From contig OY253678.1 in the NCBI GenBank assembly GCA_958009085.1, positions 434,001-498,000 of the forward strand: a stretch of 64,000 nt of DNA, read 5' to 3'. The position numbers were made by a program, and so were the translations under genes. Below are positions 13,301 through 24,187 of this stretch, piece by piece (position 1 is the stretch's first letter; each line of letters starts with the position of its first letter). The notes beneath the pieces are model-generated. The model was not told the DNA's origin and ran no database searches. It worked only from the letters and a program-made list of their open reading frames with translations. This stretch comes from Protoeuglena noctilucae. Its lineage: Eukaryota.

Positions 13301-16300
13301 GTGCGCCCCGGGACACGGAGGGTGGCTGGTCACCTGGGCTGGGCACCGATGCGTCCGGCGAGGATGCCAGTGCTGAGTCAGGCGATGGTCAGGGGACCGG
13401 GACGTCCACAGAGGTAGACTTCGCGCTGAGCAGCATCGTCAGCGAAGCAGCGGGGGACGCGGAGTGGGCCCTGGAGGGGCCGGGTGGAGCAGGAGGGGGC
13501 CGCGCTCGCGATGGGGCGGCGGGTCCCAGCAGAGCGGGGGTGGGCGCTGCGAGCGGGTCTGCGCCCGATGTGTCGGCGTCCTGGGCGAGCCGTCGCCTGG
13601 CGGACAGTCGGCTGGACATTGTGGGTGACCTCGGGTCGTCCGGCAGCCTCTCCCTGCCTGGCAGCAGCGTCGGGAGTCTGGGGCTCGACAGGAGTGCGGG
13701 CGCCGTGGCAGGTTCAAAGAAAAGGGATGCGGGTGCCGCGAGGCAGCGGGCCGGCCTTGCGCCGACCGGGGCGGCGAGGCGTGACGGGATGGTCGCGGCG
13801 ACTGCGGCTGCAGCTCGCGAGGACGCCCAGGCCCCACGTGGCGTTGCAGAGGGTGCGGAGGTGCCTGGTGCCTCTGCGTCGAGGAGCGTGGGGTCCAAGG
13901 CCCTCCCGGGGATACCCCAGGGCCTCCTGCAGGCGAGTGCTGCTGCGGTCGATAGCACACGGAGCGCCGAGGCTGAGATGTGTGTCAATGTCTTGTTTCT
14001 GCTTTGTGAACGCGGGAGGAGCATCAACGCCACGCCACTCAAACATGCATGCCCTATGCTGTGCAGGTGCCTGGGCCTGGAGTTCCAGCAGGCGGAGCCA
14101 AACCCAACGACGCCAACAAGCCAACTGAGGCAGCCAAGCCAGCTGAGGGTGCAACAGATGGTGGCAAGCCTGCTGCTGGTGGCAAGCCGACGACTGAGGC
14201 AGCCAGGGCAACGACTGAGGCAGCCGGGGCGAGGGGTGACGGCAAGCCAACGGACGGTGACAAGCCAACTGAGGCAGCCAAGCCAAGCGAGGCGCCCAAG
14301 CCAGTTGAGGCAGCGAAGCCCAGCGAGGGTGTCAAGCCTGCGGGTGTTGGCCAGCCAGCGCAAGACGGCAAGCCGACTGAGGCAGCCAAGCCGACTGAGG
14401 CAGCCAAGCCAGCAACTGAGGCAGCCAAGCCAAGCCAGGGTGTCAAGCCTGCGGATGCGGGCAAGCCAGCGCAGGAGGGCAAGGTGGAGGCAACCAAGGC
14501 GACAGACGGCAGCAGGCCAGCTGAGGTGCCTAAGGCTGCGGTTGACAAGCCAGCTGACGCGGCCAAGCCTACGACTGAGGCAGCCGGGGCGACGGGTGAT
14601 GGCAGGCCAGCAGAGCGCGGCACAGCACCAGCGGCAGCCAATCCAGAGGAGGCGACCACGTCTGCGGGGAGTGGCAAGCCGGCCGATGGTAGCAAGCCGA
14701 GCGATGCAACCAAGCCTGCTGACGTTGGCAAGCCTGCTACAGTGCCCAAGCCAGCGGACGGTGGCAAGCCAGCCGAGGGTGGCGAGACAGAGGCAGCCAA
14801 GCCAGCTGAGGGTGGCAAGCCAATGGACGGTGGCAAGCCATCTGAGGCAGCCAAGTCAACGGAAGGTGGTGGCAAGCCAGCTGAGAGCAAGCCAAGTGAC
14901 ACCGCCAAGCCGACGACTGAGGCAGCCAAGCCTGCGGATGGTGGTGGGAATCCAGCTGAGGCAGCCAAGCTGACTGACCGTGGCAAGCCATCTGAGGGCG
15001 GCGTCCCGACTGACGCTGCCAAGCCAGCTGAGGTGCCCAAGGCAACACAGGCACCCAGGGCGGCGGATGACAAGCCAGCTGACGCGGCCAAGCCGGCGGA
15101 GGGTGGCAAGCCTATGGACGCTGCCAAGCCAACGACCGAGGCAGCCAAGCCAAACGAAGCAGCTAAGCCGATGGTGGGTGACAAGCAAACTGAGCCAGCC
15201 AAGTCGACTTATTGTGCTACAGGCGTTGGCAAGCCGGTCGACGCGCCCAAGCCAGCTGAGGCAGTCAAGCCGATGACTGAGGCAGCCAAGCCTACAACTG
15301 AGGCAGCCGGGGCGAGGGATGACGGCAAGCCAACGGACGGTGGCAAGCCAACTGAGGCAGCCAAGCCAGCAACTGAGGCAGCCAAGCCAACTGAGGGTGG
15401 CAAGCAGGCTGAAGCGGCCAAGCCGACGACTGAGGCACCCAAGCCCACCAAGAGTGGCAAGCCTGCGGGCACTGGTAAGCCAGCCGAGGCAGCCAAGCCA
15501 GCTACGGTGCCCAAGCCTGCGGACAGTGGCGACAAGCCAGCAGAGGGTGGGAAGCCAACTGACAGTGCAACCGACAGTGGCAAGCCTGCTACTGGCGGCA
15601 AGACGGACGCAGCCAAGACGACGACTGAGGCAGCCAAGCCTGTCAACACTGGCAAGCCGGCAGAGGGGGGCAAGCCAGCAGAGGGTAGCAAGACGGAGAC
15701 GGCCAAACCCAGCGAGAGTGGCAAGCCTGAGGGTGCTGGAAAGCCGACCGAGGCAGCCAAGCCGACTGAGGGTGCCAAGCCGACTGAGCCAGCTGTGGTA
15801 GCCAAGCCTCCGGAGGGTGGTGGTAAGCCGACGGAGGCGACCAAGTCTGGGGGGAGTGGCAAGCCGGCCGATGGCAGCAAGTCGAGCAATGCAGCCAAGC
15901 CTGTTGATGCTGGCAAGCCAGCAGAGGGTAGCGAGACGGAGATGGCCAAGCCGACTGAGGGTGGTAAGCCTATGGAGGGCGGTGCCAAGCCAGCCGAAGG
16001 TGGCAAGCCAGCAAAAGAGGGCGGAGGCAAAGCAAGTGCCGCAGCCAAGCCAAGCGACGCAGTCAAGCCGACTGAGGCATCCAAGCCGACTACCACGCCC
16101 CAGGTCACAGAAGCAGCCAAGCCAGCTACGATGCCCAAGCCTACGGACAGTGGCGGCAAGCCCGTCGACAGCAAGTCCCCAGTCCCTGGGGCCTCACACG
16201 CGGGCAGCCAACCTACTGCAGCCCACGACGCCTCCGGTGCTCCGTTGGACACGGATGCTTCCAGAGACGAGGACGTGCTGCGCCTGAGGGGCGGCCGGTG

Positions 16301-19300
16301 GTCACCTTCGGACGTCGGCATGACGATGTGGAGTCCGTCCGGAGGAAGCGGCTCCGTGGCGACGAGCCAAGCCGGGGAGCCACAGGCACCTTCGCCAGCT
16401 CCGCCCGTCCCCGCTAGAGAAACACCGCCCGGGAAGTTGTCGCAGGTGGCGCGGTGGGTGCAAGCGGCGCTCGCGGAGGTGCCCGAGGGCAGCATGGGCC
16501 CGAGAGCATTGGTCCTGGCTGAGTCGGACCTCTCTAGCGATTCAGGAGAGGGCGCTGGGCTGCCGTCTCCATCCACGTCCAGCTTGGACGTGTCCATCAC
16601 CCCGCGTCGCCCGGTGCGTGCTGAGGCCAGTCGTGGCGAAAGCGGCGGCCGCGTCGACCCAGCAGGGTCTTGCCAGCTGGATGGCGGTCTGTCGGAGTCC
16701 TGGTGGGGCAGCGACACGGGTTCCGATGACAGCGTGGTCGAGGCTGCTGCGTACGACGGGGTCCTTCGGCTCCGCGGTGGGGCGCCGCGGGGCACGGCAC
16801 CGGGGAGCGGCGCCAGTGCCGCCAAGGGGGGCGGCGAGGGCAGAGGGGCGGCTGCAACGGGCGTTAGCGCTGGGCGGGGCGGCGGGGCGGCCGCGTCGGG
16901 TCCCTTCCTGTCGGTTTTGTCCGTGGGCGCAAGGGATGGTGCGGACCGGTATAGCGGTGCGGCACAGGAGCTCCCTGACTGGGTGCCTGCGGTCTCGCAG
17001 TCACCTGGGCCGTCAGGGATCGGTCTCAGCCGGGACGGGCGAGGGCAGGGGGCCGTGGCGGCCACCGCTGGGGTCGCGACTGGCCGTGTGGCGGTGACTG
17101 CCAGCCGCCCCACGGATGCCGTGCCCCTGATGCGCGCTACCGAGCCAGCGGGTCCGGCTCCGGTGGGCAGGATCGATGGTCCGGGCTTGCCAGGGTCCTC
17201 GGGACGACCAGCGGAGCCCTTGCGGCCGCCCTCGCGTGCTGCGGCCAGTCGGCCTCGGTCAGCGGCAGCACCGGTGCCGAGCATCACCGCTGCCCCCGGC
17301 TCAGCCAGGGTCGCGGAGGTTGTTGCAGATGGGCCGGCTGTCCCGCCGCCAGCAGCGCCAAGGGCGCCGCTGAGCATCGCGGCACAAGTGCTGGCGGCGA
17401 AGCGCCAGAGAGAGGCGGAAGCCGCGGCAGCAGGACCCACGCCGTCGACCGCTGAGGTGGCCGCAAGCAGGCTCAAGACAGGGCCCGGGTTTCCACCCCA
17501 AGAGCCGCGGTGGGCGCTGGTCACGGGTGGCTGGGACGGCACCGTGCGCGTGTTTGACATGGGCAATGACATGTCGCTGCCTCGTCAGGGCGCGGGGCGG
17601 CGCCCGGTGGAGATCGCGCTGCCACGATGGCCCAGGGACGAGCCACAGGCCATCCGGGCCCTCCACGTCAGCTCTGCCCGGCGGTGCGTCGTGGTGGGCA
17701 CGAGGGACTGCGACGTGTGGGAGGTCCCGCTGCCGGACCAACTCTTTGGAGACTCCCTCCGGTCGTTGGAGGCCAAGCATACGTCTGGGGACGGCGGGCC
17801 AGCTGCCGCAGAGACACAGGCGTCCGCAGATGCGCAGGGCAGGTCTGGGGGGCGCCAGGGCAGCGCGGGCGCCGCCGACCGTGGCGGCCGTGCTCCTCAA
17901 GAGGCCGCTGGGGGTCAACGGGCAGCTGACCGGCCCGTGAAGATGGCAGGTGACCCCGCAGCCGCAGCACCGCGGGTGGTGGAGGGGTCACGGGCGCCAG
18001 CATCTGGGACGGCAGCGGCTGGGATGGCGGGCGCCGCGGCGGCACCGGGGGCCACGCTCGCGGCGCGACTGGCCCGCCTGGGCCCCAACGTCATCGTGCG
18101 GCTCGTGAACGGCAATGCCGGGGAGCTGACGTGCGTGTCGTGGCACCCCCGCGCCACGGCCGTGTTCGCGACCGCTTGCTCCACGCGCGAGGTCTTCATC
18201 TTCCATGCGGCCCACCGACACTCCATCGGGCTGCCCATCGTCGCCGTCGCGCCCGTCGAGTCAGTCGCCTTCTCTCGCCCGGACGGGGCCCACATCGCCG
18301 TCGGGTGCCGCGACGGGACTCTCCAGGAGAGATCCAGATTGGTGTGGGCTTGGCTGGCTGGGTTGCAGCAGCACCCCTTGGGTCCCACTCGCGCATGCCG
18401 CGCTCGCGCTTGCTAACCCTTCCGTTTTCACGACCTTCCGTTCCTTACGCGCCTCCGCCCGTCTCCGCCCGCAGATCTTCGACCGCAGCCGCCGCGAGGT
18501 GTTCCGGCGGCGCCTGGCCTCGCGGGGCATCGGCTGCCTGCAGTGGTCGCCAGATGGGGCCGTGCTGGCGGCCGGGTCCCACGACCGCTGCATCGACCTC
18601 CTGCGCGCGTCGCGGGACGGCTGGGCCACCTACGCCCGCTGCCGGGGCCACTCCGCGACCGTCCTGCAGATGGACTTCTCGGCGGACGGCCTCGTGCTGC
18701 AGACCAACTGCAACGCGTACGAGTGCCTGCACTGGGACGTGGCGACCGGGCGGCAGCTGGCGCAGAACCAGAGGGACCGGCGGTTCGCGACCTGGACGTG
18801 CCGGCTGGGGTTCCCTGTCATGGGCATCTGGCCGGAGCACGCGGACGGCTCGGACGTCAACGCGGTTGACCGGGACCCCCAGTCGTCGCTGCTGGTGGCG
18901 GCCGACGACTTTGGCGACGTGCGGCTCTTCAACTGGCCCTGCTGCGTGCGCGGGGCTCGGTGCGCCGTGTACGGCGGCCACTCGTCCCACGTCGCGTGCG
19001 TCCGGTTCAGTGCAGATGGACGCAGGGTGCTGTCGGTGGGGGGGCTGGACCGGGCCGCGTTCCAGTGGCGCGTCGTCGACCGCGTCAAGAGCCACGATGG
19101 GGACGCCGTCGAGGGCGACGGGGGCCTGGGGCGGGCCGCGGGTGCGGTCGTGGGCGCCCAGGAGCTCATGGAGGGTGGCGCTCCCCATGTGGAGGCGGCG
19201 GTGCGGATGGCGGCGGCGGCGGCGGCGGCGGAGAGGGCGGGCGCGGACGGCGGGTCGGCGACGGCGGCGCTGGCGGACGTGCTGGTGGAGAGGGCGCAGA

Positions 19301-19512
19301 TGGCTGGGGCCGGCAGCCGGACCTACGCCAAGCGTCGTTTGGCAGAGCTGAAGAGGCAGCTGGACGAGGAGCTGCAGCGGGCCGGGTTCGGGCGCCCGAA
19401 GAGCGCGGCGCGAGTGGATAACGCGGGGCGCGTGTGGACCCGATTGGACCCCGAGGGCCGCCGCTACGGTTGGGCCGACGCGGGCGACGAGGGGCCTGCC
19501 ATCGGGATCTAG
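8412..19512 (+). CDS. Giant EML (echinoderm microtubule-associated protein-like) HELP + WD40 protein with a huge low-complexity insertion; about 3,000 aa, multi-exon; start uncertain
   Basis: HELP motif LELEHVYGYAG..QNLFYT..GKVVFYTAAVGIV (~10600-10710) and the blade H.DDITAMAVHPDG.TVATGQ. The C-terminal EML signature RGHSATV.QMDFS..FATWTCRLGFPVMGIW..DVNAV..ADDFG.V.LF.WPC..YGGHSSHV..VRFS..SVGG.D..FQW lies at 18640-19070. Phase-compatible splice sites link the parts. Confidence 0.85.
9503..9598. repeat. Near-perfect inverted repeat/hairpin (MITE-like or pre-miRNA-like) within an EML intron
   Basis: tatggcgcagcaacagctcacgtttcaaggtgtt pairs with aacaccttgaaacgtgagctgcttctgtgccata. An inner stem is formed by tgaacgtg/cacgttca. 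TA lies at both ends. Confidence 0.9.
10266..10355. repeat. (ACCCTC)n hexamer microsatellite in an EML intron
   Basis: About 15 tandem ACCCTC or variant units are directly visible between the donor at ~10183 and the acceptor at 10374. Confidence 0.95.
14095..16170 (+). repeat. Coding minisatellite of ~18-bp units encoding (T/A)E(A/G)(A/G)KP hexapeptides
   Basis: AAGCC(A/G)ACTGAGGCAGCC and GGTGGCAAGCC units recur throughout. The frame stays open for the whole 14067-18326 exon. Confidence 0.95.
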
Positions 19513-19812
19513 CAGTGACTTTAGAACGCAAGACAGGGTTGCTTTGCGTGCCTTTATGCTGCTAGTTTTGATTGTCTCTGAGGTATCTGTGCTGTGGTCA
19601 AGGCATGGATTGAAAACGGTCGAGCTAATCGCTGCTATATCGGGCCGGGTTAAACCCGGGACCCCCCGTGCTTCACTTTGCTGCGAGCGGTTTCAGGTCT
19701 TTACCCACCCCTTCCGCCGGCTTCAAGAGGCGCCGACGAGCCCGCTGCTCTGCATTCTTTCCCTTTCCCTCACCCTCTCCCTTGTCAGGGCCGTGCTGGA
19801 GCAGGCAGCTGC

Positions 19813-20557
19813 ATGCGGCCAGAGAAGGACGTCCTCGCGCGTTTGCGGTGGGACCCTGCGTACGATCAAGGTGAATAGTTCAGTAACCAGGATTCGCGCC
19901 GAACGAGGCGCGGCTCCGCGTCCCGGGGTGCCGGCGGGCTTGGCACGTGCCGTGCTTCAACCATCGCACTGCCGCTGGGACCTCGGGCATCAGCGATACC
20001 CGGCCTCGACCCGCTCTCCTCCTCAGACCTAGTCCTCGTTGGTTGGGAGGACAGGTGGATAGGCATCGTGGAGACGCCGCTGGCAGGTGAAATGTGCCAC
20101 GCTCTGCACCCGTGCATGCGCACAGCCGCCAGCCTCCACGTGACACATGATGCAGACCCGGACTCATGGCTCATCTCCGCAACTACAAGGCTTCTGACGC
20201 TGCGCTGCGCTGCCCCGAGCGACACATGGCATTCAAACTCATTGTGCACATCTCTCATCCCCGGTCGAGCCACCCTGTGCATGCAGAATGGTGTCCAAAT
20301 GGGGGCGACTGGGACGAGCCTCCCCTCCATAGGATTCGTTATTTTAAGTACGACGGCGTCGTGATATGGGATCGCGTGAATCGCATCGACCTCTTGTTCC
20401 ACAGCGCCGGTGAGGTGGCTGGGCAGTGCTGGTGTGAGGTACCGACGTAGTCACCACGCAAGTTGGCATCCTGCTTCATTGTCCACACCCCACGGGAGCC
20501 CTGGCAACTGCGGCTGCAGGGTACAAGGGCAAGCACCCTCCCAAAAAAGCCACGTAG
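19813..20557 (+). CDS. Stand-alone MJ1316/DUF504 (RNA cyclic-phosphate end recognition, LENG9-like) domain protein, 4 exons
   Basis: Exons 19813-19870, 20027-20086, 20287-20409 and 20520-20557 splice with GT-AG in phase 1. The product is MRPEKDVLARLRWDPAYDQDLVLVGWEDRWIGIVETPLAEWCPNGGDWDEPPLHRIRYFKYDGVVIWDRVNRIDLLFHSAGYKGKHPPKKAT*. The family motifs RWD, G.DR, HRI.Y and W.R are present. Confidence 0.8.
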
Positions 20558-21190
20558 TCGACACGACTGGTCGAGATTTGTCGCTGGGGTGTGGTGCATG
20601 ACTACTGTCTGAGAGGCCTGGTGTGACGGCACCAGTCACGCATGCTCTGGCAGCCATCAGGTGCGCATGGACTGACCCACATGCCATGGCCGGGATTGTG
20701 CCATCCATTGCCTGGTGCCGCTGATGTGGTAAACGTAGTTGATACCCGCAGGTCCTGCCAAGGAGTGCCTCGGAGGTCGACGTGCAGGGCTGGTTGATCC
20801 AAGGAAGTGGCGCTAGTTGCCGCCAGTTCTCTCGCGACACCTGCCAGCATAGATGCTTAAGCACCATGCGTGGAATGGGTTGTTGTGGGAGCCTCGCAGC
20901 ATGCGTTGAAGTGGTCCAGCCAAACGCTGCTCAACTAGGCCTGGCGAAGCGACTGAGAAAGCACAAAAAAGCAGGAGAGTCTGACAGCAAGTCTGGGTGC
21001 ACCCATGCGATGACGGCACCAAAGCGCCTACCATGCCGCCGCGAGAGGTTGCCCGCAAGAACGAGGGGCTAAGGGACAACCCGAGCAATAGCGGCGCAGT
21101 CTGTATGTCCGAGCCGTGGGCCCTCAGATCTCCACCAGCGACGCTCGGGACGACGACCCAGAGAAGGCATGGGGCTCGTCCATGTCCCCC

Positions 21191-23206
21191 TCAGCCGCCT
21201 GCAGGGACGATGCGCGAGCACAAGATACGCTCGCAGCCCTCACACTTGTTCCCTAAAAAGCGCAGCTGCGCCAGAGACCATGCAACCATCACGGTCAGGC
21301 CCCCCACCTCGTCGGGCGCGTGGGCCGAGGCGTGGTCCTCGGTGCCACCCTCCGGTCGCGCGGCTGTCGACGGGTCCGTGTCGGCCGCCGTCCTGGGCGT
21401 GACGCCGTCCGTCGACGAAGAGTCGATGCCCATCACAGAGTGGCCCATCTCCGAGTGCAGGGCTGCATCGACGGGCGCGTGGGCCCCGCCCGCGGCGCCC
21501 CGGGACCCCCGGAAGCGTAGCACGTTGTTGCCCGTCACCGAGACGAGGTGCGCGATCTCCGCATCGTCGACCTCCGCGAGCGTGACGGAGGTGGCGGCCG
21601 GCGGCGGCGCGAGGGCGGGGCGCGAGGGGCCCTGGGGTGGCGGGTCGTCGCTGGGCCGACCGGACGCCAGGGAGCGCGCCAGGCCGGCGCCCGCGATGGT
21701 GCCGATCGCGGCGAAGCGGATGTTGCGCGCGAGGATCGCGCCCTTGAGCACCGGCAGCGCGGACACGACGATGGCTCCGACAGCGATCATGGTCGCGGCA
21801 GAGCACACTGCGGGCACGCGAGGCTCGAGCACGGCTCGCCGGTCCGGCACACGCCACCGCACGCATGGGCCGACGCGGTCAACACGCACGCACGCGGCGC
21901 ACCTTTCCGCAGGCGGGCGTCGGCCGGGTCGACCCCAGGGTGCGCGTGATCGTTGGTCATCTCCTCCGCCATCGTCATCAGGTTCTGCACGGCGCCTTGG
22001 ATGATGGCCCCCACGCGTTGCGCGACCGCCTGGCCCACCTGGCGGACCTTATCCAGTCCCTCCTGCGCCACACGTGCGTGGAACGCGTTCAGGGATTGTT
22101 GTTGTCATCATACACAACAGCGCGCACAGGGGCAGCCAAGCAGCGCGTGACAGCGCACGGGCTTCATTGACAGCAACCAGGTGCACCTTCACGGCCTTAA
22201 ACACGGTGCCCAGGAAGGCTCCAAAAGGGTCATGAGGGTCGTCCGCACGCGCAGGCAGTGGGTGCTCGCCATGCTCTGGCGCGGGGAGGGCATGATGGGT
22301 CGGCCCCGCGATGCCGAGTAAGGCGTCGTTCTCCGCAAGGAGCCTGCGGACCGACGCGAGTGGTCGCGTGCGGGACGCAGCACCGGGCGAGGGCTGCCAA
22401 CGCAGCTGGCCACGGCACTCACGAGCGGATGCTCATCATGTGGCGCGACTGCATGACGCGCCGCTGCAGATCCGGGTCCATCGCCATCTCCGAGGCCAGG
22501 CTGATCATGTGGCGCTGCAGCTGGCGCTCGTTGGACTCCAGGCTGGGGGGGCGCACTCTGAGAGGGACGGAGGGAGGAGGAAGGTCACGCTCAGCGTCAG
22601 AGGGATTCAGGCGCAGCCGCCTCAGTGGCGGGCCTCAGGTCATGGATGCACCCGCAAAGGTGCGTCCGCACGATGCAGCCCGCTCGACGCTGCGCTCAGC
22701 GTCTCCGAGTGGACTGCCATGGTGCTAGATGGGACCTCGCCTGGACTGGCTCATGATGACGTGGTCGGGTTCGGCGTCGTCGCTCCGAGAGCTCAGGGGC
22801 GTCCGTGCGTCCTCCTCGGCCGCCGTCCCGCGAATCCCTGCACGGTGGCCGATCACAGGCATCGCAACGGCATTATCGAGAGTGATTCTGTAACAATCGT
22901 GCCACCACGCGGCCAGGGATCCCCCCAGTTTCCCGGAAAATTTGGGAGCGTGCGGCCCTAGGACATGGGCGCCAAGCCCGCGATAGCCTCACCAAAAGCC
23001 ATCCGACCGAGCTCCTCCACGTTCGCAGAAATGATCTCATCGTTCAGGTCGGTCTCGTCGCCCGCAACGACCACGAACTCGTGCTCCTCCGCGGGCTCGT
23101 CCACGGTTGCCGCGGTCGAGCGCGCGGGACGCTGCGCCGGCGCACCCCGAGCAGCTGAGGTGCGTCCCACGAGCCTCATCGGCGCGCGCCCTGCGCTCCG
23201 GAACAT
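21191..23206 (-). CDS. Hypothetical multi-exon protein with a hydrophobic segment
   Basis: Coding-like exons EEHEFVVVAGDETDLNDEII, LQRHMISLASEMAMDPDLQRRV, EGLDKVRQVGQAVAQRVGAIIQG and MIAVGAIVVSALPVLKGAILARNIRF are flanked by splice sites. No family was recognised. Confidence 0.55.
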
Positions 23207-23288
23207 CCGCGTCCTATTTCGTTCAATGCGGGGACTCCGCGAGCCAGATCGTGCAAGCGACGTCTCGGCGGGAAGGATAGCCCCACAA

Positions 23289-24107
23289 ATGCCGCAGCGT
23301 TCGAGGAAAAGTGACAGCGCTGTGGAACCCGAAAAACTGACATCAGAATCGTGGTTTCACAAGGTCGTTCGCCCCTCTCCCGGCCGCCGATGCACCCGTG
23401 GCTCGCTCAGTCCAAGTATGCATTGCACGGGTGGTGCTGAGGCGGGATGTGCACGGTAGCATGACGGGTGGGGGGCCCACACAGCGCGTGCAGCCCGAAC
23501 AGGGGAAAGGAGGACACATTGGCGTCCAGGTGCGATGCCAGCCCCATAACTGCACTTCTTCTGCCGCTTCGCGGCGCCGAGGGATTGAGAAAACGGCGAG
23601 AACGGCTCGACCGACCCTGTCATCGCAGGCGCTGCCGTACCTGGAGGATAGCGAGAGCGAGGACGGCGAGGATGAGGGACACATGTCCCTGCCTACTCGG
23701 CTGATAAGGGGCGAGCGGCCAGGCGCGCGCACGGGTGAGATTTGTGGGCGACACCACCACGACCCCGTCACCTGCACGACTTCGTGCAAAGCTGGAACCA
23801 ATGTTCCGAGCTCCCCGGCGCAGGGGATCAAGAAGACGAGGATGAGGACGAGGATGAGAACGAGGAGGATGATGAGGACGAAGACTACGAGGCCTTGGGC
23901 AGGATGACGGTGAAGGCCCGAAGCGAGGCATTCGTCCAGGTCATGCGGGGGGCGGGCGCGGGGCCAGCGCCAACGGCCACGGTGTCCGCATCAGGGGCCG
24001 GTTCCACACAAGCAACGGGAGGGAGGGGCACTGGAGCCATGGCACGACCGCAGCATGGGCCCAGCAGGCTGGGGTCGCACGTAGCAGGGCCTCCCCTGCC
24101 ACCTTAA
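23289..24107 (+). CDS. Hypothetical small acidic protein; 5' end uncertain
   Basis: Exon ALPYLEDSESEDGEDE..RPGART joins in phase (GT ~23735, AG 23823) to an exon GDQEDEDEDEDENEEDDEDEDYEALGRM..PPLPP*. Confidence 0.4.
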
Positions 24108-24187
24108 TGACGGCACGGTGATTTCGCATGTTGTGATCCTCATATTCAATTCTCAATCTCGCGACCGGCAGTTGCACCCGCCCAGGC

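Noticed and set aside
14095..16170. Regularly recurring short repeats that could be mistaken for a CRISPR array
   Set aside because: The units are degenerate, codon-phased and lack unique spacers. The context is eukaryotic and there are no cas genes.
16100..16781. Possible ubiquitin or UBL domains upstream of the LRLRGG motifs
   Set aside because: The preceding ~70 aa are low-complexity with none of the beta-grasp hydrophobic pattern. Only the tail motif is present.
14054..17572. Long antisense ORFs (382 aa and 787 aa) and alternative-frame ORFs over the repeat exon
   Set aside because: They are shadows of a GC-rich repetitive coding strand that lacks stops in other frames. They have no independent motifs.
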